From Callorhinchus milii (Eukaryota), in NCBI RefSeq assembly GCF_018977255.1, contig NW_024704743.1:992001-1056000 (forward strand): 64,000 bases of DNA. The letters run 5' to 3'. The position numbers and the translations under genes are program-made. Below the pieces are notes generated by a model. It made no database searches and was not told the DNA's origin. It saw nothing but the letters and a program-made list of their open reading frames with translations. This document shows, piece after piece, positions 24,769-37,381 of the stretch (position 1 is its first letter; the number at the start of each line of letters is the position of its first letter).

Positions 24769-25376
24769 CTATAGTAAAAGCAAAGCTAATAATCATCTAC
24801 AGAAGTTAGTGAGCAAATATGAAGGCATTTGAGAGTGGTCTGCTTGTATGTATGTGTGTGTGTGTGTATAGGGGGTCACCTAAATGTGATCCAGTTATAT
24901 TCAATGGTTGCAAAGGGCAAGTTCAGATCGCGCAAGGACGTTTCGCCCACAAAATACAGTCACTACACTTTACGGTGTATTCTGTGAAGCGCTTGGAGAC
25001 GTCTCGAAGACGTGATAGGGCGCCGCATCAAATGCAAGGATTATTATTAAGTATTTATTAGCGTTGTCGTTGAGTCTGATTATTTCTTTTTCCCAACTTC
25101 AACACGCATTCGCTCTCACGAAAGGTGACATAATTGATATGTAAAGCGTCCAACTATTTTTTTTAATCATCAAGATGCAATTGAAGGTCCAGAAAGCAAA
25201 TGGGTTCAAACCCCACGTTGGGACGCGAGATCTAGGCTGACGCTGCAGTGCATTACCGAGGCAACGCCGTGTTGTCAGAGGTCCCGTCCTTCGGATGTAA
25301 TCCAAGATCTTTTAAGAGCCCCAAGTCACTAAAACACAGGAAGCAAAGGGAGTTTCTCGTTTGGCGTTGCACTCAC

Positions 25377-25643
25377 GTTTCACGGTCAAGGAAGCTGCAG
25401 TGTGTTGGTCTCCAGAGCTGCAGGAATACTCTCCCGAATCCTCTGGTTTCAGGTCACGGATCACTAACGTGTGCGCAGCCCCTTCCCGTTTAATTTCAGT
25501 CTTCCCGCTCGGTTGGATTTTAATCGATCCTTTCTTCCACGTAACAGAAGCATCGGGCTGTGAGAGCTCACAGCGCAAAGTTGCCGTGTCGTTCTCCCCT
25601 GCGACTGTGTTTTGCAGTTGTAGTGTGAAACTTGCAGGAGTGG
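25377..25643 (-). CDS. OBSCN: Obscurin Ig exon, type A (267 bp)
   Basis: TPASFTLQLQN...YSCSSGDQHTAASLTVK. Confidence 0.94.
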
Positions 25644-26294
25644 CTGAAAAAAACCAAAGTGACAGTAACAATCTTGGCGTTCGGCAAATGTGAGGCACTG
25701 AGAGAGGCAGCGCCCTTCACAAAACGCTGTGCGCAATTGGCTGCCGCGTCTCGCCCATGATATATACAGTCAATTTACTTTACAGTGTACTCTGTGAAGT
25801 GCTTTGAGACGTCTCAATAAGGCGCATATCAAATACAAGTATTATTATTATTAATTCAGACCGCAGCGTAAACTGGATCTACAGTGCGTGTCAGCCTGGC
25901 TCCAGTGATAATCCTCTCTCTTTCGCCTCTGGGAAAGACGTTTGGGGGTTCAAGCCCCTTGTTGGAAGTCACAGAGTCTTGGCTGACCCTCCAATGCGGA
26001 GCTGGGGATGTGCTGCGTCGATGAGGTGCTGCTCTTCAGTTGAGTCGTTGAACTGAGCCGCGAAGGGCACTTACACAGCGCCTCGGTTTAACCTCTCGCC
26101 GAAGCGGCGGCGGTGGGGGGGACATTCAAACAATTGCGGACACCACCAGCCCTGCATTGGAGTATAATTCCAGACTACACAAAGTCCTAACGTGGGGGCT
26201 TGAACCCTCAACCTTCTGACTCAAGAGGCCAGAGATGCCACCCACTGAGCCAGGGTCACTACCGAGAGATTAACATTAAGAGTTGCAGCTTTAC

Positions 26295-26567
26295 CTTTTA
26301 CTTTCAGTTCTGCCGTAGAAGTGTCTTTTCCAACCGTGAAGATCACGACACCGGAGTCATCCCACGTGACTTTCCTCAGCGTCAAGGTGTGAATGTTGCC
26401 ACTCTTCACCGAAATCATATTCATTTCGTTATTCTGCAACTCGATTCCTCCCAGGCTCCACCGCACGTCGCCTGCACTCTCGTGGGAGACTCCGCACTCA
26501 AACAAGGCGTCCGCGCCCGCAAATACTTCCACGTCTTTCAAACCCTCCACAATTCTTATGTCTGGCT
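26295..26567 (-). CDS. OBSCN: Obscurin Ig exon, type B (273 bp)
   Basis: PDIRIVEGLKDVEVFAG...LQNNEMN...STAELKVK. Confidence 0.94.
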
Positions 26568-27054
26568 CTGGGAATACAAATCATACAGTCAGTGTGCCCA
26601 ACGCCTGCAAGTGAATCCTCTTATGAAAGTGTCAAAGCTCTGACCGAATTTTTTATTGAAGGGATTATTACCCCCAGAAAGCATTCCCCCAATCGACCAA
26701 CAACCGGGTTCCTACTTACTGCCGGTAAACACAGGCGTGTGTGTGGAGTAAGGAAACTTGCCCAGGGTTTCGCCCTGACCTGCCCGGGAATCGAACCTGG
26801 ATCCTCTCGCTTGCGAGGCGAGCGCTCTAACCACTACGCTACAGGACGCCAATGACCCGCTGAGCGTTCCCAGCGACTTCTGTTTTTGGTAATTTTAAGA
26901 GATTGATTACTTAAGGTTAATGCCATGAGTTTTCGCGGGAGCCTCAAGTTGCCATTTGATCTTTCTCGATCGAAGCTCGGCTGTTGATAAAAGTAATCTT
27001 ATTTAGATTCTGATGTCAGGAAGACTTAAAAGCAGGATTTATTTTGTTCCTTAC

Positions 27055-27321
27055 GCGTGACCGCTAAGCAGGCAGTAGTTTGCTGGTCCCCAGAATCGCA
27101 GGTGTATTCTCCTGTGTCTCCTGGCGTCAAATTGTGGATAAGCAACTCCACAACGGAGCCTTTCTGGAGCATTTCATGCTTGTCGCTAGCGTGAAGCACC
27201 AGCTCTCCTCTCCTCCATTCCACCTGAGCCCCAGGTTTAGTCAGCTCGCAGCGCAGTCTGCCTGTGCCGCCTTCCTCTGCTTCCTCATTCTGAAGCCATT
27301 TCAGGAAAAGTACAGGCTGGG
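27055..27321 (-). CDS. OBSCN: Obscurin Ig exon, type A (267 bp)
   Basis: QPVLFLKWLQNEEAEEG...GDQQTTACLAVT. Confidence 0.94.
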
Positions 27322-28199
27322 CTGCAGAGAGAAAAAGAAACTCGCAATGCAAATGTTGTGCTGTTACCAGAATAAGAAAACGTTTGCGCAAAGCAAAATA
27401 TTTCAGATGCTGGAAATCGGAAACTTAAACAGAAGTCGCTGGGAACGCTCAGCAGCTCAGGCAGCATCTATGGAGAGAGAGAGGAAACTGAGTTCACATT
27501 TCGATGATGAAACGTTAACCCATTTTCCTCTCTCCTGTCTCCCCGAGTGTTCCCAGTGACTTTGGTTTTTATTTCAGAAAACGTTTATGTTCATCGGTCG
27601 AAAGATTAAAAAAAAACACACAGAAAGTTGAAAATATTTTTATCCATAAATATAAGTCGGCTCTTCGGTCTTGAGGGAAAACAATTCAAAGATGTGACCT
27701 CACCGAGCTGTCTAACCCTTTAAATGGGATCTTGGTCTTAAAAAGTAAATATAGGACAATTTCTAAGCATCCAAGCAACAATACGGATAGGTTTAGAGTT
27801 GCAAATCATAAGTTAAGGAGACACCAGGAAGGTTTTCTTTAACTAGAGTGTGTCATTAATCATCGAATCTAACAGCACAGAAGGAGGCCATTCGACCCAT
27901 TGTGCCTTTGCCAGCTCTTTAAAAGAGCTACCAACTCGTCTTTCCCCACAACCTTGCAATTTTTTTTCTTTTTAAAATACTTGTCCAATCCCCTTCTGAA
28001 AGCTACTATCGGATCTGCTTCCACTCGCCTTTCAGGCCGTGTATACCAGATCCTAACAACTCTCTGGGTAAAAATGACTGGACCCAGTTGCCAGGAAGGA
28101 TGGCTGAGGCCAGGACACTGGACTCACTTGAACAAGCAGCTTAAGTGACTAGCCACAAGCGATCAGTATTTGCTTGCCTCCAGCTAACGGCTTCCTCAC

Positions 28200-28466
28200 C
28201 TTTCACGGTTAAGGAAGCTGTTGTCTGTTGACCCTCAGAAGAACAGGTGTAATTTCCCGAGTCTGTTGGTTCCAGGTTGTGAATCAGTAGCGTGTGTAGA
28301 GGGCCTTCCTGTTTCACTTTGTACTTCTTGTTTGACACGATTGCCAGTGACCCTTTGCTCCATGTAACCGCTCCACTGGGTTTAGAAAGCTCACATCGGA
28401 GGTTTGCTGTGCCATTCTCCTCGCCCTCTGTGTTCTGAAGTTCTTCTTTGAAGTACACTGGAGCAC
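28200..28466 (-). CDS. OBSCN: Obscurin Ig exon, type A (267 bp)
   Basis: APVYFKEELQN...YTCSSEGQQTTASLTVK. Confidence 0.94.
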
Positions 28467-28817
28467 CTGAAACGACGCAGCAATATAAAATGATTAAACT
28501 TTCACTGATTATTTTTTAATATTATACAGCATAGCCATGATAGAGTTTCACCCTGCATAAGAAATTCAGTCTTACTTCCTGATTAATAATAATAATAATT
28601 GGGTCACTCAATCCACAACTGTGTGGGACACTTCTGTGCCCAATTGGCTGCTGTGTTCCACCCACAAAATACACAGTCAATTCGCTGCAAAGCACTTTAG
28701 AGACGTCTCAAATGTACCATTCGCAGCGTTCTGCCACATTTTGGGCAAAATTCTTCCCTGTTCTAAGTCACCGGGAGAAAACTCTGTCCCTTGCCTCTTC
28801 ATTTATATGTCAGTTAC

Positions 28818-29090
28818 CTTTTACAGTCAACTCTGCTGATGAAACATAAGGTCCGACTCGGAAGGTTACGATACCAGAGTCTTCTTCTGCGACTTTCCGC
28901 AGATGCAGCATATGAATCTTTCCACGTTCGACTGAGATCTCATTAAGCGAGCTGTTCTGGAGTGTGGCATATCCAAGTTTCCACTGCACGTCGCGTGCAT
29001 TTTCATGAGAAATTTCACATTTAAACAAGGCATCTTCGTCTTCGAACACTTTAACATTCTTCAACTCCTCCACTATAGTGATGTCTGGCT
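28818..29090 (-). CDS. OBSCN: Obscurin Ig exon, type B (273 bp)
   Basis: PDITIVEELKNVKVFEDEDALFKC...DSGIVTFRVGPYVSSAELTVK. Confidence 0.94.
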
Positions 29091-29901
29091 CTAGCAATTC
29101 AGGAAAGATGACAAGAGGGTACAACTTCAGTTCTACGATGCCATTCAAGTAACTAATAAAAGACAAAATACTGCAGATCCTGGAAATCTGAAACAAAAAC
29201 AGTAGTCGCTGGGAACGCTCAGCATATCAGGCAGCATCTATGGAGGAAAGAAAATGAGTTAACGTTTCAGGTCGATGTCCTTTCGAAACGTTAACTCACT
29301 TTCCTCTCTCCATAGATGCTGCCTGCTCTCAAGTAACTAATCTCTTGGCAACTCTAAAGGTAAATTAAAGATACTCATTAAGCGGTTGCATATGTAAATT
29401 AAACACAGACAAAATATTCGGTGAAACGCTTGGAGGCATCTCAATGACATGATAAGGTGCGATATCAAATGTAAAAATGATTATTATATGTTTATAATTT
29501 CTGCATGGAAGCACTGGGAGAGAGAGCGCATTAAATTCCAACAATCTTATCTCTAATGAAAAGAACAGCATTCAACAGGTAAGAAACAAGAAACAAACTT
29601 ATGTTCATCCACTCAACAGAAATATGCAACACCAAGAATAAAAGCACCAACTTTGGTCTTTGTTTCACAAAATCAATCTCAATTAACTATCAGAGAAAAG
29701 ATTATGATAGAGGGGTAACGATGCAACAAAAAACAGAACACGAACACCAAGGTCAGTTACGATTAACAAACACGAGGTTGAAGAAGAATCAGTGAAGAAC
29801 AGGAGACGCAAGGGGGGGTGGGGGAAGGAAGGAAAACAGGAGGTGAATGGGGGAAGACGTATTAAATTGTGTTTAATTTTTCCACCGTTAACTGTTCCTA
29901 C

Positions 29902-30168
29902 CATTAACTTTCAAGTCAGCTACGGTCTGCTGATCCCCAGAGTCACACACGTATTCTCCAGCGTCTTCTGTTTTCAAATTGTGGATCGACAACTCAACAA
30001 AGACACCGACTTGAGTGATTTCATACTTGTGGCTGGGCTGAAGAACTACAGCTCCCTTCCTCCAACGCACTGGGGCGCCAGGTTTAGTCAGTTCACAATG
30101 AAACGTGACTGTGTCGCCCTCTTCAGCTTCTTCGCTGTGCAGCTCTTGTTTGAAGAACACAGGTAAAG
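29902..30168 (-). CDS. OBSCN: Obscurin Ig exon, type A (267 bp)
   Basis: [11 protein letters not shown]...[17 protein letters not shown]. Confidence 0.94.
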
Positions 30169-30399
30169 CTGGATAATGTACAAAGACAATTTATGTGAAC
30201 AACTTAAAAGAGATTTCAAGAAATTCTCGTGATCATTGTCCTCATCCTCAAAGCCCTCTTGCTCCGACCGACCTTCGTAACATCCTAAAGCCCTACCGAA
30301 CTGTCCGCTCCCTCCACCAGAAGGCAGAGACAGCGTTTTTCTCTCTCTCTACTCCATCGAAACCCCTCACCGGTTTAAAGACCTCCACCAACGAAGGGG

Positions 30400-30625
30400 A
30401 GTAAATTCAGAACAAATCCGCGGAAGTTTGTGAGCGAGTTAGGAACAGGCTCCCTAGGGAGACGGTGGAAGCAGAAAGTGTTGTTTGTTTCGAGAACAAA
30501 TTAGATTAGATTTCTGCTAGAAAATAATATCCAGGGATACAGGGTATAGTTTGGGACAGGTCATGTTAAACGACTGTCAGGATGGTGGAAAGCAAACTAG
30601 ATGAACCTTGGGTCTTCTTTCGCAG
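30400..30625 (+). mobile_element. CR1-like LINE 3-prime fragment (reverse-orientation relative at about 50668-50855)
   Basis: GACGGTGGAAGCAGAAAG...AACAAATTAGAT...TTCTGCTAGAAAATAATATC recurs as its reverse complement at about 50770-50850; family call is from memory. Confidence 0.6.
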
Positions 30626-30696
30626 GCACATTCTTACTTTCTTATTACGTCTTCCCTCTACCTCGATTTCCAATGCAAGAATACCTTCTTTCTTAC

Positions 30697-30963
30697 CATT
30701 TACTTTAAGAGAAGCAGTGGTTTGTTGATCCCCAGAATCACATGTATATTCCCCAGCGTCTTCTGGTTCCACACTCGTGATGAACAGTTCCACAATCGCA
30801 CCCTCTTGCTTCATTTGATATTTGCCACAAGGTATAAGCGCCACTGACCCCTTTCTCCATTCCACTGTGGCGTTGGCTTTAGTGAGCTCGCAGTGCAGTG
30901 TGGCTGTGCCACCCTCCCTCACTTCCTCTTTCTGAAGCTCGTGTTTGAAAAGCACTGGCAAAG
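30697..30963 (-). CDS. OBSCN: Obscurin Ig exon, type A (267 bp)
   Basis: LPVLFKHELQK...IPCGKYQMKQEG...TASLKVN. Confidence 0.94.
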
Positions 30964-32019
30964 CTGAGAAATATTAATTCAAGGAAACGTTATCAGACGA
31001 CAATCATGGGCTCTGCTAGCCTACCTTACAATTTCGGAGTGACGTTTGCCTACAAAATATAATCGCTTTACATTTATTATAGCGCTTTCCATGTCGGGAG
31101 AATGCCTCAAAGTGGTTCACAGAGCCGAGCTGGGGGCGGGAGGAACTGAGGGGGAGAAGGTTGACCAATACACACAGCCAGTTCGCCTTACACTCAATGC
31201 TGTGAATGTCTGAAAACGTGCGACATTCACCCGATGCGAAAGGCGCTGTCTCAAATGCAAGGATTTATCTTTATGTATTCTGGTAGCATCACAACTCCAG
31301 CGTTTCCTTTCCAGCTTTTACTGCTGTCCTCTGGGCCACTGAAGTGTTAGCAAATCCGAGGCTTGCTTTCAGTTTATAGATTTCCAAAAAAATGATCCTT
31401 TGATAGGATCTCAGCATGTGCTTAGCTAAGGTAAGGATATCAAACGTATGAAGGGAAATAAATGCTTGAAGAATTCAGGGTCTTAAAATGTTGAAACATA
31501 ATGCGGAATCATATCAATACCCAGTGTGATTACCTAGAAGCTAAATTCGGGAGGTTTAGTGCGATAATACAGGATGGACTGTATGTGAACTTAAATTATG
31601 CAATAAATCCTTGAGAAGTGAAAGTATTACTGGATGAGGGAAAAAATACCAGGGGAATGGGATTAAAAGATATGTCATGGTATAATAGCCAAACAAGCTC
31701 GATGTGACTAACACACGACTCCTTTGTGCTCAGAGGCCATTCAACCAATTGAACTTTTGGTGAAAAGGTTTGCGATAAAGTTAATTAATAAGGCATGAAA
31801 ACCTATGCAAGTTTACAGTAGTTACAGATCATTTTTAAAATGTGTCCATAAAAGTAAAACAGATAAAAAATGTCCCAAAGCAAATGTAAAACTCATGGCG
31901 TCTTCTCCAACAGGGAGGCAAGATACACATATATAACCAGCCGCTGAATGAGGAGTAAGGCAAGTATAACATGACCAGTGCGGATTAGATGATGAACTTG
32001 TAAAGTCTTTCCTTCCTAC

Positions 32020-32286
32020 CATTTACTCTGAGAAAGGCGGAGGTCTGGTGATCTCTTGTAAAACAAGTGTAATCTCCAGTGTCTTCAACTCCCAGCCTGC
32101 GGATCAATAACTCGACGCAGGGACCTTTCTGTTTCATTTCATATTTGTCCCCGGCTTCGAGTACCGCAGAGCCCTGCCTCCACTCCACTGGAACATCAGC
32201 TTTGGTCAACTGGCAGAGCAGCGTCACTGTGTCCCCTTCCTCCGCTTCTCGGTTCTGAAGCTCTTGTTTGAAGAGCACAGGCAAGG
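32020..32286 (-). CDS. OBSCN: Obscurin Ig exon, type A (267 bp)
   Basis: LPVLFKQELQNREAEEG...YTCFTRDHQTSAFLRVN. Confidence 0.94.
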
Positions 32287-33173
32287 CTGCGTGATTTAGG
32301 GTGACAAACGCACAGCCACGTTAGGATAAGAAAGAACCAGGCTGAAACGTGCATCGGAGAACACAGCTCTTTTCAACTGTTTGGGATCTCAGGCAGGATT
32401 TCTCGAAGGGGTTCAATGTATGGTTTTGAACTGTACATTAGTACTTGATGGACAAAATAAGGAACTGCCCCAAAGCAAAGTTAGAACCTAGTTAAGCCCA
32501 GATCTGCTTGGACCCCTGCTATCGTGAACCATGTTGTAAGCAGGGACACCCAGTTTCCAGCAGTTGCTGGCATTATAACAGAGTTGTTCGCCCACAAAAC
32601 GATCCACTTTACAGTACATTCTGTGAAGCGCTTTGAGACGTCAAGAAGACGTGATAAGGCGCTATATCAAATGCAAGGATTATTATTATATTATTACCCT
32701 GGTACATTTATTACCTCACTAAGCACACCTGTCTACACACAGAATGTGCAGTTCAACTGACACAGTTTACAATGCAATAACTTAACTTCAAACAAATAAG
32801 AAATGAATTACCGATGCCCCAGAGTACTGCTAGAACCTGCACTTGATAAAAGCACGGTAACCTTTACTATGTTGCTGGATATAGATATGACTGTCGAGTA
32901 TGAAATGCACAATTCACAGTCCTGCTATTGTCAAAAATCGCTTAAGAGAGGAAATAACTTCCATCGGAACCTCACAGGTTGACAATGACAAGGGTTTAAA
33001 CGGCCTGTGTCAGTGGTGGCCAACCTTTACGGTCAGCCAACCAAATAAATGTTTCTTTGTTGTATTTTTCTTCGTCGATGGCCGTGTCGTGGTTATCACT
33101 GCTCGGCAGCTACTGGTCGATCGCAAACGAACGGTTGGGAGATCCCGGCACCACATAAATATGAATCTCTTAC

Positions 33174-33440
33174 CCTTCACTTTCAAGGAGGCAGAGCTCT
33201 GCCGATCTCCAGAGTCACACCTGTAGCCTCCCGCGTCTTCTAGCGTCAGGTTGTGTATAAGTAACTCAACATGGCAGCCCTTTTGCCTCATTTCATACTT
33301 GTCACTTGAGTGAAGCCCCACAGATCCCTTCCTCCATGTCACTGGGGCGTCAGGTTTGGTAACTTCACAGCTCAGGGCGGCCGTACCATCCTCTTCAGCC
33401 TCTACGTTCTGAAGCTCTTGTTTGAAAAGCACTGGCAGGG
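33174..33440 (-). CDS. OBSCN: Obscurin Ig exon, type A (267 bp)
   Basis: LPVLFKQELQNVEAEEDGTAALSC...GDRQSSASLKVK. Confidence 0.94.
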
Positions 33441-33689
33441 CTGAGGGAGACAGCAAACGTACTTGACTTAAGATTAGTTAACATTCATCAAACGTAGCAG
33501 CCAGTTTCTGAACAACCGGACAGAATAACCAATGAGATAATAATAATCCTTGCATTTGATAAGAGAGCCTTTCACCTCGGGGGTTTGTGAAAGGTGCTAT
33601 ATCAAATGCAAGGATTATTATTATGATTATTATTCCTGTGATGAAAATTTGCAATGATAGAACGACGATGAGTAACTGTGTTGTCCTAC

Positions 33690-33956
33690 CTTTGACTTTC
33701 AACGCAGCGGAGCTCTGCCGGTCCCCAGTATCGCAGGTGTAGTCTCCGGCATCTTCCAGCTTCAGCTTGTGAATTAGTAACTCAACCCTGGACCCTTTCT
33801 GCTTTATTTCATACTTGTCGCTTGAGTGAAGCCCCACAGATCCCTTCCTCCATGTCACTGGGGCGTCAGGTTTGGTAACCTCACAGCTCAGGGCGGCCGT
33901 ACCATCCTCTTCAGCCTCTACATTCTGAAGCTCTCGTTTGAAAAGCGCTGGCAGGG
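33690..33956 (-). CDS. OBSCN: Obscurin Ig exon, type A near-identical copy 5 (267 bp)
   Basis: tccctcag acceptor, gtagga donor; open frame. Confidence 0.92.
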
Positions 33957-35610
33957 CTGAGGGAGATAGTGATTCAACTTGTGATAACAGATATCTCCAT
34001 CAGTTGCTGAATTCAATTCACTTCAAATCCGCTGTAAGGAATTCCTGTGGAATAAGCTATAGCCCCACTTGTATCCTCAATTCTATCTACGTAATTGTTT
34101 CTGAATGTGTTTCACATTGTTAGAGGTTAAATCGGGCATCTGTTACACTGAGATGTCGATCTTAACAGTGAAAAAGGAAGATTGCCTTTCTCTGTTGATT
34201 CTCCTTCATTCTTCAAATCAAAGGTATGTTCACTAGAGTTAAACTATTACCCCCCCTCGGCGTTAGACAACAATAACTTGCATTTATATAGCGCCCTGCA
34301 GGGCAACAGCTTGCAACGCTTAACATTGGCGGAGCCTAAAACCGAGCCATTGGGAGGAAGTAAGGTGACCGTAAGCAAGGTCTAAATGGAAGTTCATGAT
34401 CTAATAAAGGGGAAAGAGTTGGGCAAGGAAGAGGGATTGAGGGAGCTACTTCCAAAGCTTCGGGGTGTAGTGTAGTGGCTGAAAGTGCGACCACCGATGG
34501 TGGAGCGGAGGGGACGAGGGACAAACAGGTGGCCAGAGCCAACCGAGGGGAGGCGGCGGGTAGTGGAGTGGGGAGAGAGGTTCAGAAAGGCCGGGAGGTG
34601 CCTGGGAGTGAAGGGATTTTTAGACGAGTGAGAGAATCTTGAAATCGATCCGTTATGTGACAAGGAGCCAGTGGAGCCTGGCGAAGACTGGCATGGTGGG
34701 GGAACAGAGACTAGTGTATCAATGAAACATCATTCAATGTGCCTTTCATATTAGCCAACAAAACGCATTCCCACTTTAAAGTATTTCCTGTGAGGGCTTT
34801 GAGACGTCCTCCCGACATGAAAGGCTCGACACCAAATGTAAGGATTAATCATTATTTAACCCTTAAATCAGTCCCCCAAGGCTGGGAGGCACTCCATGAT
34901 GTGTGGAGGATGTTGAAAATGAAGAAGAAAGAGCGTTAAGATTCAGGGCTGCCGAAGGAATCCACACAGAAAGATTGATGGATAATAAGAAGGATTTTCT
35001 GTGCACTCGTTAACATATAGTTGAATAAAAACAAAGGGCAAATCCATGATAAATGACACTGAATTATGAGTAACTAGCTGTACCTGTTGCAGCTTCGCTG
35101 GAATGGAATGTAGATTGACACACACACACAAGGCACACTTACTTATCCTTGAAAGGTTTAATTTTTGCTGAGACATCTTCCTAACGATCAATATGAATGT
35201 AGGATTTCTAATCTTTGGGACGCCCTCCCGACGTGAAAGGGGCTTTAAAAATGTAATTTTGTTGTTGCCGTGGCTTAGCCTCGTCTGTGTTCTTTATTTT
35301 GTTCCCTCCGCTGCTTGACTACGTGCAGGCTGTGTGTTGCAGGATGCCACAGTGCCACAGTCAGCCGGGGCGAGCAACAGGTGTAACTGCTGTGCGTGAG
35401 TATATACGTAGGTGCTCTATGACGCCCGATGACGCAGCGCCACTTTATCTCGGCGGCCACCAAGTGTAGCGAAAAATGCAAAACTGAAATTTTAGGTCAT
35501 AACTCATGAACGATAGGAGATGCCCGAAAACAAATATGCCTATGGCACTCTCAAGTGCAAGACCTTTAACGTCTATACGTCAATTGATTATTTAGTTCTC
35601 TCTTGAAACG

Positions 35611-35637
35611 CAGACAGACAGACAGACAGACAGACAG
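35611..35637. repeat. (CAGA)n microsatellite
   Basis: Directly visible. Confidence 0.9.
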
Positions 35638-35684
35638 TTGTTTTATATAGAAGACAGAAAATAGATAGATGACTGTTGTCCTAC

Positions 35685-35951
35685 CCTTCACTTTCAACGC
35701 AGCAGAGCTCTGCCGGTCCCCAGTATCACAGGTGTAGTCTCCGGCATCTTCCAGCTTCAGCTTGTGAATAAGTAACTCAACTTTGGATCCTTTCTGCTTC
35801 ATTTCATACTTATCGCTTGAGTGAAGCCCCACAGATCCCTTCCTCCATGTCACTGGGGCGTCAGGTTTGGTAACCTCACAGCTCAGGGCGGCCGTACCAT
35901 CCTCTTCAGCCTCTACGTTCTGAAGCTCTCGTTTGAAAAGCGCTGGCAGGG
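35685..35951 (-). CDS. OBSCN: Obscurin Ig exon, type A near-identical copy 4 (267 bp)
   Basis: tccctcag acceptor, gtagga donor; open frame. Confidence 0.92.
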
Positions 35952-36216
35952 CTGAGGGAGACAGGAATTTAGTTCACAACGATACAGCGTTCAAACAATC
36001 ATAGAAGTGCCTTGTGACCTCCTCCCGACTTGAAAGGCGCTATACAAATGTAATCTTGTTGTTGTTGTAAAAGAGATTTCTGACAGTCCGTGAACATCCA
36101 AAAGAGCAAGAGGTAATGAGAAAGAAAATGATGGGTAATGCAGTTGATGATTTCTGTGAAAAACGATACGATGAGAACAATGTAATTTTACTGAGTAATA
36201 TTGATGGTTGTCCTAC

Positions 36217-36483
36217 CTTTGACTTTCAACGCAGCAGAGCTCTGCCGGTCCCCAGTATCGCAGGTGTAGTCTCCGGCATCTTCCAGCTTCAGCTTGTGAA
36301 TTAGTAACTCAACTCTGGACCCTTTCTGCTTCATTTCATACTTGTCACTTGAGTGAAGCCCCACAGACCCCTTCCTCCATGTCACTGGGGCGTCAGGTTT
36401 GGTAACCTCACAGCTCAGGGCGGCCGTACCATCCTCTTCAGCCTCTACGTTCTGAAGCTCTCGTTTGAAAAGCACTGGCAGGG
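36217..36483 (-). CDS. OBSCN: Obscurin Ig exon, type A near-identical copy 3 (267 bp)
   Basis: cccctcag acceptor, gtagga donor; open frame. Confidence 0.92.
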
Positions 36484-36519
36484 CTGAGGGAGACAGGAAT
36501 TTATTTCACAATGATACAA

Positions 36520-37200
36520 TAACAACAACAAGATTAGATCTTGTATAGCGCCTTTCACATCGGGAGGATGTCCCAAGGCGCTGGACAGTGTGCAGCATTT
36601 CAGACCCGAGCTGGGGTCAGGGGGGAGAAGGGAGAGGAGGGGAAGGCGCTGGCAGGGCTGAGGGAGACAGACACACAGTTTATTTCTAATTCGGTGGATT
36701 TTACTAATTAGCCAAACCTGATTGATTCAGATGGTCAAAGAGGAGGGTCTTGATGAGGGACTTGAAGGAGGCTAAGGAGGGGGCGAGGCGGAGTGATTGG
36801 GGGATGGAATTCCAGAGGTTTGGGGCAGAGTGGCTGAAGGCTCTCCCGCCAATGGTGGGGCGGATGGGTCGGGGAACGTGGAGCAGCCAGAGCCGGCTGA
36901 GCGGAGGGAACGGGCGGATTGGTTAGGGGGTTAGAAGATCGCAGAGGTAGGGTGGGGAGAGACCTTGGATGGCTTTGTAGGTGAGAACCAGGATCTTGAA
37001 CTGGATCCTCTGAAGGATAGAGAGACAATGGAGTCGGGCGAGAGTGGGGGAGATGGGGTCACGGAGTTTGGTGCGGGAGAGGACACGGGCTGCAGAGTTC
37101 TGGATTATCTGCAGCCTGTGGAGGGAGGAGTTGGGAAGGCCGACAGGCAGGGCGTTTGCATATTCGAGCCTGGAGGTGATGAAGGCATGAACAAGATTGG
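36520..37200 (-). mobile_element. L2-clade LINE 3-prime fragment, interrupted by an 89-bp insertion
   Basis: ORF2 C-terminal peptide LVHAFITSRLEYANAL...LQIIQNSAARVL...FKILVLTYKA; 3-prime UTR ends in (TTG)n. Confidence 0.88.
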
Positions 37201-37381
37201 AAGCACAAAAGTGGATACAGCCTTCAAATAAACATAAAAGAGATTTCTGACAGTCCGTGAACATCCAAAAGAGCAAGAGGTAATGAGAAAGAAAATGATG
37301 GATAATGGAGTTGATGATTTCCGTGAAAAACGATAAGATGAAAACAATGAAATTTTACTGAGTAATATTATGTTGTCCTAC

